Assembly: GCA_028534125.1 (NCBI GenBank) | Contig: CM052817.1 | Location: 63,986,001 to 64,050,000, forward strand | Length of the DNA stretch: 64,000 nucleotides | Reading direction: 5' to 3' | DNA from: Lama glama | Taxonomy: Eukaryota | Shown here: one piece after another, positions 38,345 through 53,020 of the stretch | How positions within the stretch are numbered: position 1 is the stretch's first letter | Layout of the letters: each line of letters begins with the position of its first letter | Translations under genes and position numbers: made by a program | Notes under the pieces: generated by a model | The model's input: only the letters and a program-made list of their open reading frames with translations | Told to the model about the DNA's origin: nothing | The model's database searches: none

Positions 38345-41300
38345 TATTGGACATGGACATTTTTCATGTTTTCTGAGGACCCAGCACATTTTGAAAACAT
38401 CTTTACCACAATGGAATAGTCCCAGTTTTAAGAGTCCTGTTCCACAAAGAGGAATGCAGAAAACAAAATTCCCAATTTCTCTTGTGTTGGACCTGGGGAT
38501 ATAACACTGGTTCTAGCTTCTCCAATCAGACTCACACACATCAGAATTTGATGATTAAATGAGCAACAAGAGGAAGGAGGCTGCAGTCAGAATCCATTTT
38601 TGCTGGCATGAAAGGCAATAATGCTGCTGCTTTCCATGGTAGCGGCAACAGTGAATACGGCTCCTCAGTGGTTTCAAGGTCTAGTTCTAGCACAGAGGTG
38701 GTCCAGGTGGGGAGCTGGGCACTGGTGGCACCTTCCCCAATGCTCTGTAGGACAGCAACGGGGGCAGCAGTTCTTCTTTGGGCCAACTGTGCTGTGTGGT
38801 GTTCAGAACTGTTCCCAGGAGCTTAACTTCAAGTTTACTTCTCCAGGCCTCCCATCAGTTTCATGAGCTAGCCAAAATCCTTTTAATAAACTCCTTTTTC
38901 TGCTTAATCAGCTAAAGAGAGTTAGCCTCATGTGCTTGAAATTGAGGGTGATGACTGCTACATCAACCTCAGAGAGCTGGTGTTGTCATTAAAGAGAATA
39001 ACATATTGTCACACAAGCTGGCATCCTCCATGTGCCTGCTGACCATCCCCCAAATACACTGTCTGCACCCAAGCTCTTGTTTCAGGGTTGGTTTTGAGGG
39101 AGCACAATGAAGACACACCATATTAATGGAGGCCCAATCTCAGGAAAATAGTGCATTTTGACTTAGAACATTTCAGATAAAAAAAAGGCATTTGAAACTA
39201 AAATTCCAAAGTGATACCTCCACTTTCATTGTCTTCAAATCGAAGTGCTAAAATACTGAATTTTCCTTTTTAAAAGTTGGGATCACTCCCATGATTTTCT
39301 ATGCCATTAATGTATCTGGTGTACATTATTTATTTTGCAAAAAATGTTGGTAAAATTCCCTAAAAGGAATAGCCTTTTTAATATATCAAGTCATCTTTTT
39401 GTTTATCCCAGAGGTAAAGGCTTAATATGTGTTTGCACTGAATATAGTGCTGAAATTTGAGAATACATTTAAAATAAGATTAATATTTTGTAATATCCTA
39501 CTGGTTGAAATGTAGTTTACAAGAAAAACTAATTACTTCTACAGAGCGGTTGAAAACCTTAGACCTAGAATGTGTGAATGATTTTCATTTGAACCAATTA
39601 AGAGAATTGATTCATCTTTGTTGCAAAGCAGTCCGGTTACATTTAGTCAGGAAACATTCACAATGTTTGGGTCAATGTTTCTGGAAACCTTAAAAAAAAA
39701 AAAAAAACCAAAAAACTAGAACACATTTTCCCTGCAGGCTCTAACTTGAAAATTCAATTAAGATTTATTGATAAAAGACTGCATCAGCTAAAATATATTA
39801 TCCTAATTTAGGAATCAATAAGCATTTCTGTGATTTTTATGTACTATAAATTATATACTTTAATTTATGCCTATCTGATGTCCAAATGTGTCAGTAAATG
39901 AGATGCCTAAAGCAACACGTGGGGATAGAATATAATTCTGTTAATGTTGAAAAGAGGTGGCATTTGTATTCTAATCATAACAGAGCTTATGTGGACTGTT
40001 TTAACAACTTGCATACTAGACTCATTTTATTAATATAGTGTCCCTTCTGTCTCTAGTCTTTCACACCTGGTTAATCCACCCACCACCATAAAGACAAACT
40101 GAAAATACCAACAAAAGTTTCAGGCAATTGCCTCCACACTTTTCCATTTCTCTTTCCCCAATCTCATACCTCCTTCTAACCAGCTTTGGTTTTGTGATAG
40201 CCTGCATGTGTAACAGAGTTTCAGGTGAGCTGAATTTAGAGCCTTGAGTGACAAGCTGGCAGCATCTCTTGGGTTAGGTACCTGTAGCCAGTTCCCTAGG
40301 AGATCTCCGGTTTGCTTTTCGTTATGTAAGATGTTCAGGCACCTGTTCTCTTGGGTATACGTCTCACAACCTGATGTTTTTCCTCAAGATTTCTTGGTCT
40401 ACAGACCTTGCCTCCAGGATAAGAGACGGGAAATTTTGCATACTGATGAAAGAGCCACTTGGGAAAAACATGAATCAGAATCTGAACCACCTCCTTTTTG
40501 AGCTTTAACATTGTTAGAAATTTTCTGATAGATTGAGGTGATTCAGTCCAAGTTTTTTTTGTTGGAGAAGCGTACCAAGGGCTCTGAAGTAGAACTCTCC
40601 CTCAGTGATCTGAGCTTAAGACCCAGCCAACCCAAGAACCTTGCTGTCCAAAGGGACCAGTTTTGATTTAAGTGTATAGGAGAAACGGGAAGCTACGTCA
40701 GGAGATTCTGGTAATACTCTAGCATGTTCTCAGCTTTAAGAACCTAATGGCCGGGTACGTACAAGTATAGACTTGAAATGTAACTGTGTGGGGTTGAAGG
40801 GGTCTGGCCAAGAAAAGATATCACTGTGGCAGTAGACAGGTACTTCTCAGGTTGTGCAGAACAGGTGCTTAGTAGAGACACCAAGTATAACAGTAGAGGC
40901 CTCATTAGACTTTTTGGTTCTCTCTCCTCACTTCTTTTGGAAGCTGAACACACCATTGTGGACAATTTGTTGTGGGGAGGCCACAGAAGGTAGACATTGG
41001 TCTTCCAGCAAATGTGAGAGTGAGGCATGCCAAACTGATTAATTAAGTTGTGGTTTCCAGTTCTGCTTACTCCTAGAGTCTTGGCCACCTCCTTTTACTT
41101 TTGTGTCTCTGAGTATAAGCTACATAGATTGCAAAACTTAGATCACAGTTCTATTTTTTCTGGAAAAACAATTAAGCAAAAAAAATTGGTAAGTTTATTT
41201 TTTAAATATCCACATAAAACTCAAAATTTTAAGAATTATTTTTTAATAAAAAATATGTAGATTTATAATAGCGTGTTTTACAAACCTCAAAGTGTTTGGG

Positions 41301-42212
41301 TGAACAGTAGGGAGTTGGCTAACTGAGAAAGATGCTGAGATACAAGATTGATTGACAATAAAAGGGCCCCTCTCAGTTAGAATGGATAGGGGGCAAGTAG
41401 GAGATGACCTAGATTAAAAACAAGACCAAATATAGCCCAGAATTTGAAGTTGTTTGTCTTAACTCTGTTCAAACCAGATTCACACTTCCACTCCTTATGT
41501 GGCTGGCACCCAATGAGAAAACAAATCTTTGGACAAAATATGTTAGGAAACAAAAATGAAAGAAAGCCTCCCATTTTACAAAATCAGATTTTTAAAAGTA
41601 AAATACTTAATAGTAAACTTAAAAAGAAAAATATAAGATCTACTTGGGAAAAAAATTGTGGGACATAAAAAATTAAATAAATACAGATATATAGTTAACT
41701 CTTTTTAAAAAAATTTGGGAGAGTAATTAGGAAGATTGAAAATCCAGAAGTCATTAAGGAATAGATTAATACATTTGACTACATAAAAACTATGGGCTCC
41801 TGCAAGACAAAAACAAATACTACAAATAAAGACAAAACACAGCCAATTAACTGAAGAAAAAACTATTTGCAACACATAACAGTAAAATTCTAATTTCTTT
41901 AATATACAAATAACACTTGCTAATCAATAAGACAAAGAGACAAAAATTGACACAGAGTATATACTTGCAAATTAATTTAAAATACTTTAATTAACAAAGA
42001 AATGATGCAAGCAAAAACAAAATCTCCTTCATGAGTCTTAAATTCTAGTAGGCAAGCCTGATACCCAGCTGGTAAAACCTCGTAAGGCTGTACTAGTTGC
42101 TTATGATTTGTGCTCAGTCTGATTGGTCAGTACCTGTACCTTTCCAGTTGTTAAATATTTTAAATATCACCCCCGCTGGTAGAGGATTGACAGACAATAA
42201 ATTAATAAATTT

Positions 42213-42400
42213 CAGAGTTTCTCACCCTCTGCAGTACTGACATTCTGGATGAGATAGTTCTTTGTTAGAGGCTGTCCCGTTCATTGTAGGATGTTTAACA
42301 ACATCTCTGGCCTCTACCCATTAGCTGCCAGCAGTAGCAGCTCCTTTGCTCTAGTTGTGATGACCGAAATTTTTTCTAGACATTGTCAAATGCCTCTCCT
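42213..42400 (+). mobile_element. MER20 fragment within an L2
   Basis: cagagtttctca..tgtaggatgtttaacaacatctctggcctctaccca..cagacattgtcaaatg. Confidence 0.75.
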
Positions 42401-43559
42401 CTGTTCATAAACATCAGTATACATAATATGCCAGGTAGAGTGTTATGAAGAATTATACAGAAAAATGAAGTTGGGTGAAGAGAGACAGAACAGAGGAAGC
42501 CATGTGATACTTTCAGCAGGATAGTAAGGTAAGAGGTCTCTGAAAAGATGACATTTGAGCAACGACTTGAGTAGATAGAAGAGATTTCCAAGCAGAAGGA
42601 ATAGGGAGATCAAAGACCTTGAACCCTGAATACATCTGGCATGGTTAAAGAATGGTGAGAAAGCCACCACAGTAGGAATAGAGTGAGAGAGAAGGGGTGT
42701 AGATTGATAGATGAGATCAGAGAGGAAACCAGGACACAGATCTTTTAGGGTCTCATAGGCCATGGTAAGAAGTTTGTAGTTTCTTTGGATAAAATGGAAA
42801 ACCAAAGGAGTGATTTGTGAGAAGACCGATATGATACATTTTCTATTAACAGGAAAAAAGGAGTAAAAATAGCTAAGAAGCTTATGAAAAAATAATCAAC
42901 TTCATTTGTAATTAATTCAAAGGACTTTAAAAAATTGATATGCCTTTTTTTTTACCTAGGATATTAGCAAAGATTAAAAAGTTGAAACATCCAGTGATGA
43001 TGAATCTTTAGGGAAATAGGAACATTCCTCTGCTTTTACTGGAGTAAAATGGTACAACTTCTTTGGAAGACAATTTGTTAATACCTATTAAAACTTAAAA
43101 AATGATGCAACTGCACTTAAAAGGAACTTAACATACAGATCTACTTCATAAATGTATAAAAAACATTATAAAATTACCTCTTTTAGCATTGTTTGAAATA
43201 CTAAAAACTCAATCCATGTTCACTAACATTGGACTAATTGTGTAAATTATAGAAAATCTATATAATAGAAGCTGTACAGCAATCAAAAAGTTTAAGATAG
43301 ATCTAAATAGGCCTATATGGAAAGATCTCAAAAAAAAAAGTTGTTAGTTTGAAGAAAAAAGTTACAAACAAACGCAGCTTATAGTATAATTCCATTGTTA
43401 TTTAAAAGAATAAAAAAGGCATATGTGTGTTTGCTTTAAGGATATTCATTTTCTATATATCTGGTTCCAATTAACTGATCTGTTTCCTATACTTTTCAGT
43501 GAACATAATACAGGATGATTACTAATGAATGGTTCCTTTTGCTTACATGCTTGATTTTT

Positions 43560-44654
43560 AAAAAAAAAAAAAACTAAAAGTTGAAATATAGTCAGTTTAC
43601 AATGTTGTGTCAATTTCTGATGTACAGCATAATGTTTCAGTCATACATACACATACATATATTCCTTTTCATATTCTTTTTCATTATAGGTTACTATAAG
43701 ATATTGAATATAGTTCCCCACGCTATATAGTAAAAACTTGATGTCTATTTTATGTATAATAGTATCTGCAAATCTCGAACTCTCAATTTGTCCTTTCCCA
43801 CCTTCTTTCCCCCACTGGTAACCATAACTTTGTTTTCTATGTCTGTGAGTCTATTTCTGTTTTGTAAATAAGTTCATGTCTTTTTTTTTTAGATTCCACA
43901 TATAAGTGACATCATACGGTGTTTTCTTTCTCTTTCTGGCTTACTTCACTTACTATGATGATCTCCTGGTCCACCCATGTTGCTGCAAATGGCATTATTT
44001 TATTATTTTTTATGACTGAATAGTATTCCACTGAGTATATATATACACCACAACTTCTTTATCTATTTATCTGTCAATGGCCATTTAGGTTGTTTCCATG
44101 TCTTGGATATTGTAAATAGTGCTGCTATGTATATTGGGGTGCATGTATCTTTTTAAATTAGAGTTCCCTCTAGATATATGCCGAGGAGTAGGATTGCTGA
44201 ATCATATGATAAATTTGTTTTTAGTTTTTTAAGGAATCTTCATGCTGTTTTCCATAATGGCTGCACCAAACGACATTCCCACCAACACTGTAGGAGGGTT
44301 CCTTTTTCTCCACAACGTCTCTAACATTTATCTTTCATGGACTTTTGATTATGACCATTCTGACTGGTGTGAGGTGGCACCGCCCTGTAGTTTTGACTTG
44401 CATTTCTCTGATAATTGGCAGTATTGAGCATTTTTTCATGTGCCTGTTGGCCATTTGTATGTCTTCATTGGAGAATTGCTTGTTTAGGTCTTCTGCCTGA
44501 TTTTGGATTGGGCTGTTCGGTTTTTTTGTTAGTAAGTTGTTAGAGCTGTTTATAAATTCTGGAAATTAAGCCCTTGTCAGCTGCATCATTTGCAAATATT
44601 TTCTCCCATTCTGTAGGTTGTCTTTTTGTTTTGTTTACAGTTTCCTTTGCTGTG
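43560..44654 (-). mobile_element. L1 3' part (artiodactyl/camelid type) with TSD CAYGCTTGATTTTT
   Basis: Reverse complement of the same family as 20748-21524. TSD at about 43546-43559 and 44655-44668. Confidence 0.92.
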
Positions 44655-47600
44655 CACGCTTGATTTTTTTGAAATTTGTTTATTTTGTAGATGTATATTG
44701 AGAGATTCTGCTTTTTTAAGGTATTATATTTGTTACATTTATATTTTAATATAATTTCATAATAAATATATTAATAATTCTAAAAGTAGAAATTCTATGT
44801 ACTAGTATATGTATAGAAAATTCTGGAGGGATACATAAGAAACTGTTAACAATGGTTATCTCTGGAGAGTGGAACTGGAAGTGAATGGTGTCAGAGACTT
44901 TACATTTCATTTCATGTCTCTAAGTACTCATTTATGATTTTTATGTGCATATTTTCTATAATATTCATAATAATTTAAATTACAGCAAAAGAATACAATC
45001 TTCTAGAATACCAGTGCCATTCCATAAATAGTCTCTACTCCAGTGGCTTTGAACCCCTCTCTTCTAGGCCAGTCTCCCATTCCTGGTGCAGGCAATGATA
45101 ACAGATTTGGCTTTCCCTGTTTTTATTCTCATTTCTCTGCCTCCCTTCACATTTGGTTTGGCTCCTGCTTCTCCCAGCTCTCCAGGTGGCCACTTCATGT
45201 GATTTAACCTGTAGTCTATCTGCTTGCTTAACTGGCACTCAAACCTGAAAAAGGGTCAGACCAAAGTTTCATAAACTACAGGAACAAGTAACATTATCAC
45301 TTAGGAAGAGCTAATGTTAAAAAAAAAAAAGTAGTAGTATTTAATAGAAATTAACTTCATTAAAATGCTCAATAATTGTACCATATCTAATTTAGTGTTA
45401 AAGATAAAAAACTGGTTGTTATTCTTGTCATGCTTTTATTATGAAATTAGAACATTATTATGGATCTCATATGGTTTAGAGCTGGGTGAGCAGATGCATG
45501 CCTAGCTCGGATTTGCTCATATCATACAACAAACATAACAATTACAAGACAGTAGATGAAATTGGTCATTATTTCCTTACTGGCCTTCAATGCGCCCACT
45601 TTTGGTGCCCCACAGATCAAAGAATATATGGAAATTTTTTTTCATATTGACTTGGAGCCGTATGTAGTTTGCAACGGAGAATTTCTTATTTATGTATTAC
45701 CCACCTCTCACCCCCATGGTTGGCTTCCTCTCACCATTCTTAGACACCACTTTCTTGGCCATTTACTCTCACCTCTCAAGTGAGTTGAATACTTTTCATC
45801 TCTGTTGCTATGATCGTTTACCCTGAGTTGTTAACACATAGCCAATAATAAATTATGACATTCCTGACATTTTCACAAGGAGTAAAACAGTGTATATAGG
45901 TGTACATGTCAATTTTGTTGATGTCCAAACTCATTTCATGCTTTTTCTAACCTTCATTTTTTGCCTTTATAGATAACATCTATTTCTGAGCAGAGTTTTC
46001 TAGATAAAAACTTCCTGATTTGTTGACATCTTCTGGCTGAATAACTGTCAGATTCCCACTTGGCCTTTATACTTTCTTTAGCTCCAAGTGGATAAACACT
46101 AAATGGAAAAAAAACCCAAATCTTGAGAACTAACCTAAATACCATTTTTTTCCTACTCTGCCAATATCAGGAGTGGCATTGCAGTTCCAATTAATAAATA
46201 TGGTTTGCTGCAGCCAAAACACATTATTTTAAGACAATATTAAAATGACTATTCATGTACGCTACTTCTTAAAGACAAATGAGAAAAACTGTATCTATAA
46301 AACTGTCTCAAAAGCTAATTTGATTAAATCCTATTTGACATTTTAATTACAGAATTAGAGTTATTACTATGGAAAACACATTTTCAATTGCCTGAGTCCA
46401 GAGCTTTCTGGAAAGGGAAGATTGCTATGGTGATCATCATTGTGGTTTGCTGGGCCTGTCAGATAATGGCATTCCCCATCATCCTTGCACCTAGTGATCG
46501 ACTGTCTTTGCCTTCAGGTTTTGAAAATTTGGACAGATTTTAGCAGTGTCTTCTCTACTTCATGATCTACCCTTTCATTATTTCCTTCCATTACAAAAAT
46601 CTTAAGAAATCTCTTTTGCCAGGTTCTACGCAGAATTCCCCTACTTGCTATGCTTTTAAAATGTGCTTATAGACCAGCACAGACAGGTGATTAACACATG
46701 GCTTATTCCTCAGGATTTTTTATTTATATTTCTTCAAATAATGTGTTAGTTCCTTATTTTATCAATTTTGTAAATTTGAAGTTTCATATATTGAATGATG
46801 AATGATATCTACTATGAATAATATTTCACATATAGTACACCTCACTATTAATGTAGAAAGCACGACATATTAGCAACAAAATGATTTAATTAATATTCAG
46901 TCAGCCTTAGGAAAACTGCTACCTATTTTTAATGTGGAGATCTATTTTATCTAAGATGTAAAAGGAAAAGACTGAAATTTTGCTTACTAGCATAATAATT
47001 GTTGGAAAGTGATAATAATACTGTGTAAATTTTTCAAAAATATGATTACATGAGAATTTGTATGTTTTAACATTTTAAAAACAGGTTCTTAAATTAAAGA
47101 TACATGCATTTGCAATATGGATGGAAAGTTTCTAGAAATCTAATTTTAACTACCTGCTTTGTAATCTGTATATTTTGTGATCAAATATAATTATTGATAA
47201 TTACTAATAAATAGGCAACTCATCAATTTTTTGCTTACTGAATAGTCATATTATCAGCTCTGACAAAGTATAATTATATAATTATCACATTATATTTAGT
47301 TTCTTATTTTCAAGTACCTTTATAAAACAGAGTCTCTAAAGCTAAAAATTAAAGCAAAAGCATGATTTTGAGCCAGATCTTTTTCCTCTATATGCCTCAT
47401 GTATGTTCTCCTTCAAGAACTTCCTTGGAAGTGTGACAGGAAAGAAAAAAGATGGAAAAGGAAAGCAATAGAAAGATATCGAAATTTTACTGCAGCTGTT
47501 TCATATTATTGTAGAGTCAATTCACCAACTTCAAAAAAAACAGTGATAGGAAGTGGTGAGAAAAGAGATCAGATAGAATAAGGGAACAGAGGTTTGAATG

Positions 47601-48527
47601 ACAGGCTAAGAAATCTGAATTTAATTCTACAAGTAAAAGAAATTTCCTGATTAGAGCATTGACACAATAAAAATTATCTTTGCAAAGATTAATCTGAAAC
47701 TGTCACAAATTAACAGGCGTCAAAAGAAATGGAAAACAAAAGGATATAGGAATCTAGTTATAGTCATCCTAGCCTGAGGTCCTAACTGCCTGAAGTAAAG
47801 TAGTTGTTATGCACAGGCAGATAGCATTTAAGAAATATTACAAAGAAGAAATGGGCAGAGGTTTCAGACTGATTGGTATGGGTAACAAATGAGAGGGAAA
47901 GATAAAAAAGATTCCCAGGCAATGGGCTTATTTATTAGAGCATCAAAGCTTAAAAATATATATATATATTTTTATAGAAGGACATCTTTTTAAGAAAGTC
48001 ATAGACACCTACAGAAGAGTAACTAAAAAATCCAACAATGGAGAGAAATACATGCTAACAAACAATTGCCATTAATTCGATAATGCTTTTAGATGAAATT
48101 GCATTTTATGAATCACAATAGCCATATGTCTGTTTATATTGTGCACTGTTCAACTTTTCTGCATATCGACATTGATATGAATGCTACCCCAAGCATTGTT
48201 CAGTGCACAATCTACCCTACTGTACAGTGTCCATGGCTACAGCATCTCTACATCTTTGGAAACAATTGAGCAAAACTTGAGGACACCTATTTATTCAGTT
48301 CTCAGTTACTATCAAATTCAAATGGTTTCAGGGATGCTTTGCAAAGACTGCTTAATTCCCCAGGGGACAGTCATCCCTAGATTGGCTACCAATAGGAGGA
48401 AGAGAAACAGGAGGATTATATTGCTGCAAACAATGATGGGAAAGTTTACAGAAAGGACTCTTCTCCCCACCAAATCCCAGTCTTTCTGCTTTCTAAGGTA
48501 TCATATGGGCTAAGGATTATCTACTAC

Positions 48528-48985
48528 ATAGTATGTTTCCTAAGGTTGCTATAAAATAATTACTGCAAACTTGGTGGCTTAAAATAACAGAATTTTTTTC
48601 TCTCGCAGTTTTGGAGGTCAGAAGCAAGCCCCAAATCAAATTGTCTGCAGGGTCATGCTCCCTCTGAAGTCTCTAGGGAAAAATTCTTGCTTGCTTCCAG
48701 CTTCTGGTAACTCCCAGCAGTTCTTTGCATTCCTTGGCTTTTAGCTGTGTTATTTCAATCTCTACCTCTATCTTCACACAGCCTTCTCTGTATGTCTCTG
48801 TGTTTATTCACCTCTTCTTCTAAGGACACCTGACATTGGAGTTAGGGCCCACTCTAACCCAGTAAGATCTCATATCAAGATCCTTAACTAATTACATCTG
48901 CAAAGACCCTATTTCCAAATAAGGTTACATTCTCAGATTCTCAGTGGATGTGAATCTTGGGGGAACACTATTGAACCCACTACGC
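48528..48985 (-). mobile_element. MLT1 (MLT1A-C-like) MaLR LTR
   Basis: caaacttggtggcttaaaataacaga..aattacatctgcaaagaccctatttccaaataagg. Confidence 0.85.
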
Positions 48986-50774
48986 ATACCTAACGAAAAA
49001 ACCTAAATATTTCACAGGCATCCTCTTACATCTTTTAAAGGAAATGTTACATTTTTACAGTTGCTGAGTTTTGCAAAAGTAAAGAAGCAATATGTTCTGA
49101 TTCTGAAGCTCAAATAGGGAAACAATAGCCGCAAGGCTACACTGGGAGAGGGTTAAAGCAAACATGTTTTGATTGAACAAAACAGCACAGAGCATTAAAG
49201 AAAAGGCAAGGTCTCCAAGCTCTCACTTTAGCCTCTTGAGACCACAGCCTTCCCCTGAGTGGTGGCTTTTACATGCATACCTTTCCCTACTTGTGATAGA
49301 CAAGTTCTGCTTTTATTTCACTATGAAAGAAGGAAATGAAGGAAAGAAGATAGGACATAATTCCACAAGCTTGTTATCTGACTTTCTTTTCATAAAACAA
49401 AAGCCTTTTATTTTGTTTTTAATTGATGTTTAAATTGTACAATTAGTTGCTGTCTTGATCTTTCCTTTCTTTCTCTAGTTCAGCATATTCATTCATTGAA
49501 GCCTGATTAGAATATTTTATCTAAAACACTCTCATTGTTTATTACTGTAGAATAGAATGTGTGGGATTTTTTAAATATTAGTTTTTAATTCTTTTTGAAG
49601 TTTGTATAAAGTCATGGATTTTTTAAAAAAACACACCACAATTTCTTTTCTAACATGAATTCTTTATCCTTTGCATAAAAAATAGAAAAGAGATAAAGTG
49701 AGAAAGGATTTTAGATTTATAAAACTCTTTGTTCTTACTCTTTGTTGCTTTCACATTTTCATGTAGCAAATTAAAGGAAAAATTATATTATTGTAGGGAT
49801 TCGATAATCTTTTCCTATGTAATACTAAATTTGTTCTATCTAAATTAAATGACAAGAAGAAATATGTTTAGCCAGAATAATAGGGTCTGTTGGTAAAGAG
49901 ATGTGTGAAATTCTGCTCTTGCCATTGAAGTGCTGAACAAACCAGTGGTAAAGAAATAATTATAATTTTATTAATGTGATGCATGCTACTGTGGTGATAT
50001 TTACATACTGCTATGACATTACGGAAGACAAGTTGGTCGAAGAAGGCTTCTCTGGGAGATGACATTTGAGCTAAATCTGGAAGGATAAAAGACTGCCAGG
50101 CAGAGAGAATACACTGGAGAAGGATGTTCTAGGCAAAATAAACAGCTGTGCTAATTCATGGAGTATGTTGTACTCAGAAAATGTTAAGAAATTTATTGTG
50201 TCTAAAAAAAATAGGATTTGTGTAGCAGATAGAGCATAGCAGGAAATGAGGATAAGATGATAAAGCTGATTGAGATTTGGCTATATGTAGTAAGGATAAT
50301 ATTTTTAGGAATACTAAATCAATGCATTTTAATGTCCCCATTAAAGCACGTTCCTTTGCATTCTTGAATGTCCAAAGTCAAGCCATGAGGCTTAGCATGT
50401 CATGGTAGGAGAAATACTGTAAAATAAAATAAACTTTGATTAGCTTTAAGTCTTAAAGTAGACTTTCTTAACTTTTTTAGGAAGATGGTAATTGAGAGAG
50501 CCAGATTTTGTAAGAGAGAGAAAAGGATTTACTAAATTCCTTGATCTCTCCCCTTAATACTTCAAAGCCAGCCTATACCATTTGTGTAAAGGTGAGTCAA
50601 TTCAGGCAGGAAGGTTAAGTCAGAAGAGTCTGCCTCTTTCAGTCTCATACATTATACAGAAAGACAAGAAATAGGGAGAGTGACACCTGGAGGATGTCTC
50701 CTCTTTCCTCCCGGTTTCTGCGGTGAGCAGAGGGGCTGCAGGTGGAAGGTGGCGCATGAGAGAGAAAGGCATTT

Positions 50775-51724
50775 ACTGATTTATTTATTTTTAATTTTTT
50801 AAACTGAAATGTAGTTGATTTACAATATTGTGTTAGTTTCAGGTGTACAGCAAAGTGATTGAGTTATATACTTTTTTCAGATTCTTACTCATTATAGGTT
50901 ATTACAAGTTATTGAATATAATGCCCTGTATTATACAGTAAATTCTTTTTGCTTATTTATTTTATGTATAAAATTTGTAACAGTTAATTTGTATCTGTTA
51001 ATCCCAGACTCCTGATTTATCCTTCCCCACCCTTTCTCCTTTAGTAGCCATAAGTTTGTTTTCTATGTCTGTGAGTCTGTTTCTATTTTGCATATAGATT
51101 CATTCGTATCATTTTTTTTAGATTCCACATACAAGTGATATCATATAATATTTGTCTTTCTTTGTCTGACTTACTTCACTTAGTATGAGAATCTCTAGGT
51201 CCATCCATGTTGCTGTAAGTGGCAATATCTCATTCTTTTTTATGGCTAAGTAATATTCATGTATATATCTATCTATCTACATATATAGATAGATAGATAG
51301 ATATCTCACCTCTTCTTTATCCATTCATCTGTCGATGGACACTTAGGTTGTTTCCATGTCCTGGCTATTATAAATAGTGCTGCTATGAACATGGGGATGC
51401 ATTATTTTTTCAAAGTAGAGTTTTCATCTTTTCTGGATGTGTGCCCAAGAGTGGGACTGGTGGGTCATATGGTAGTTCTATTTTTAGTTTTTTAGGGAAC
51501 CTCTATACTGTTTTCCATAGTGGTTGCAGCAATTTATATCCCCACCAGGAGTGTAGAAGGGTTCCCTTTTCTCCACATCCTCTCCAGCATTTATTATTTG
51601 TAGACTTTTGGATGGTGGCCATTCTAAATGATGTGAGGTGATATCTCATTGTGGTTTTAATTTGCATTTCTCTAATAATTAGCAATATTGAACATCTTTT
51701 CATGTACCTGTTGGCCATCTGTAT
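50775..51724 (-). mobile_element. L1 3' part with degenerate TSD
   Basis: ORF 51503-51739 ([29 protein letters not shown]) is the L1 ORF2 C-terminus. Flanks tgagagagaaaggcattt / tgtgagacaagggcattt. Confidence 0.92.
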
Positions 51725-52169
51725 GTGAGACAAGGGCATTTAGAAACATTGAAACAGAAATGATCAAGACCGAGGACATTGGCTCTAGGGACTCATTCCT
51801 TAGGAGCAGCACTGGGGAGGCCACTCTCCTGGGAGAGCCCCACCCTTCACTCAGTACAATGTCCAACATGGCATGGGAACCGTGGTGTGGAGATGGGGAT
51901 GGGTGATGGCCACATAAATACACCTGCCTGCTCATGGCCTATGTATGTCCTCCAGGGACCCCCGAAGTTCCTGAATGCTTTACAGAAGGAGCCTGAAAGT
52001 GCTGAGAGTACCAGTAGACCAGCGTAGCCTGGGATCATAGAAAGAACATTGTGAGCAAACTTAAAGGCTCAGGTCAAATGACCAGGTTCCAGCAGTGGAT
52101 GCCACCACATTACCCCAAAAGTTGTACCTCGATGCTCACCTATCCAAGGAGAATCCAGCCTTTTCATAG

Positions 52170-53020
52170 CAGAAATTAGCTAATCATCCAACTAACATGT
52201 ATTTTTTGAGTAGCCAGATGTTTTGATGTGAGGATACAGAGATGAAAAAGACAGGGGGAAATTTCTGATGAAGTGATTTTTTACTTGAGCCCTGAACGGT
52301 GAGGAGGAGGCAGCACGTGCAGATCTGGAGGAAGGTCTGAAGCAGGCTACACCACTATGAAGGAGGCAGACAGTGGCAGGAGATGAAGAAAGAGAGGGAG
52401 GCAGAGGGAGAAGATATAGGCTATGCAGGCCTTGGTAGAGAGCTTGGATTTTATTCTGATTCCAGTGGGGAATCATGAAGGAGAGTGAAATGATCTGATT
52501 TACCTGTTAGAAAGATAATTCCAGGAGCTGTGTGAAGGGTAGACTGTAAGGGACAAAAGTGAAAACAGGGAGGCTAGTCAGGAAGCAATTTTAGTGGTTC
52601 AAATGAGAGATGACAGAAGCTTAGTTATAACAGCAGAAATATTGACTTTTTGCTGTCAGACCTGGCCTGTATTTGGAAGTAGAGCCAATAGATCTTGCTG
52701 ATGGATCACACTGAGATGTGAGGTAAAGAGAGGAATGGAGACTGATGGTTTGAGCAACTGGGGTACAGTGGCCATTTCTGATATGGGGAAGGTTCAATGG
52801 GAGATGAGTGGATCTGGGGAGAGGTGGAATCAAGAGTCTTGTCTTGGCCATGTTAAGTTGGAGATGCCACTAGAGATCCAAGTGAAGATACCAACTTGGG
52901 AGATGGATATACCAGTCCAGAGCAGGGCAACTGACAGTTGGAGATGAGAGATTAGTCTTCAGGTTATCTGCAGCATATGAATGGATTTAAAGCCCAGGGG
53001 CAGGAGGAGGTCATCTAGAT
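52170..53020 (-). mobile_element. L2 LINE fragment
   Basis: ttggattttattctga..atgatctgatttac..ggccatgttaagttggagatgcc L2 pattern. Confidence 0.75.

Noticed and set aside
40744..41088. 114-aa ORF with an integrase-like phrase (NLINQFGMPHS)
   Set aside because: The following catalytic SD/E motifs are absent and no collinear support was seen.
51263..51306. Inverted (TATC)n/(GATA)n hairpin
   Set aside because: Microsatellite expansion inside an L1 3' UTR, which is common and uninformative.
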